Assembly (NCBI RefSeq): GCF_006345805.1
Contig: NC_043004.1
Coordinates: 41,726,001 to 41,790,000, forward strand
Length of the DNA: 64,000 bases
Origin: Octopus sinensis
Taxonomy: Eukaryota
Direction: 5' to 3'
A model generated the notes under the pieces. That model was not told the DNA's origin and searched no databases. It worked only from the letters and a program-made list of their open reading frames with translations. Below, one piece after another: positions 63,807 to 64,000 of this stretch. Positions within the stretch are counted from its first letter, which is position 1, and each line of letters starts with the position of its first letter. The translations under genes were made by a program, and so were the position numbers.

Positions 63807-64000
63807 GGTAACTGGCAAACTAAAATAAAACTACACATCAATGCTATACTTTTATAATGTAATACATCCATTATTTAAAACACCTAATAGATATACCTTA
63901 CTTCGTTAAAAAACATAGAGTATCAATATTTCAGAAATAAAACAGCATGGGAATAAAATGACAATGATAAGTTTGGTGAACATTTTTGATGTATTAGAGT

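Overview
AT-rich, microsatellite- and transposon-saturated animal DNA. The SINE families and microsatellite load look like an Octopus genome (inference from repeat content). Almost all ORF-track entries are microsatellite artefacts. The main discovery is a non-coding ~503-bp unit, repeated ~10.7 times at 36283-47310, each copy carrying a type I hammerhead ribozyme. Most copies have an intact catalytic core (CTGATGA / GAAA / GTA cleavage, stems I-III). The array is split into two divergent arms joined by a microhomology fold-back at 39227/39228, and both outer ends run into (TA)n. This fits a retrozyme-like circular-RNA element inserted by twin-primed reverse transcription. Two smaller fold-back insertions share this architecture (19640-19877; 62391-62722 with a 15-bp TSD). 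A full-length ~5.66-kb CR1-group LINE inserted cleanly into the array (40137-45800, minus). Its ORF1 has an unusual Myb/trihelix + CCCH layout, and its 3' stem-loop matches the tail of a dominant SINE. The whole block appears to lie in the last intron of an unidentified + strand host gene (phase-compatible candidate exons 22709-22778, 26719-26834, 49959-50202). Also present: R4/Dong-like and other RLE retrotransposon remnants tied to (TAA)n and (CATA)n microsatellites, Penelope fragments (one ending in a tRNA-headed minimal hammerhead), mariner/Tc1 and RTE remnants, several tRNA-derived SINE families, and a TTAGGG-containing MITE with 30-bp TIRs and an 8-bp TSD.
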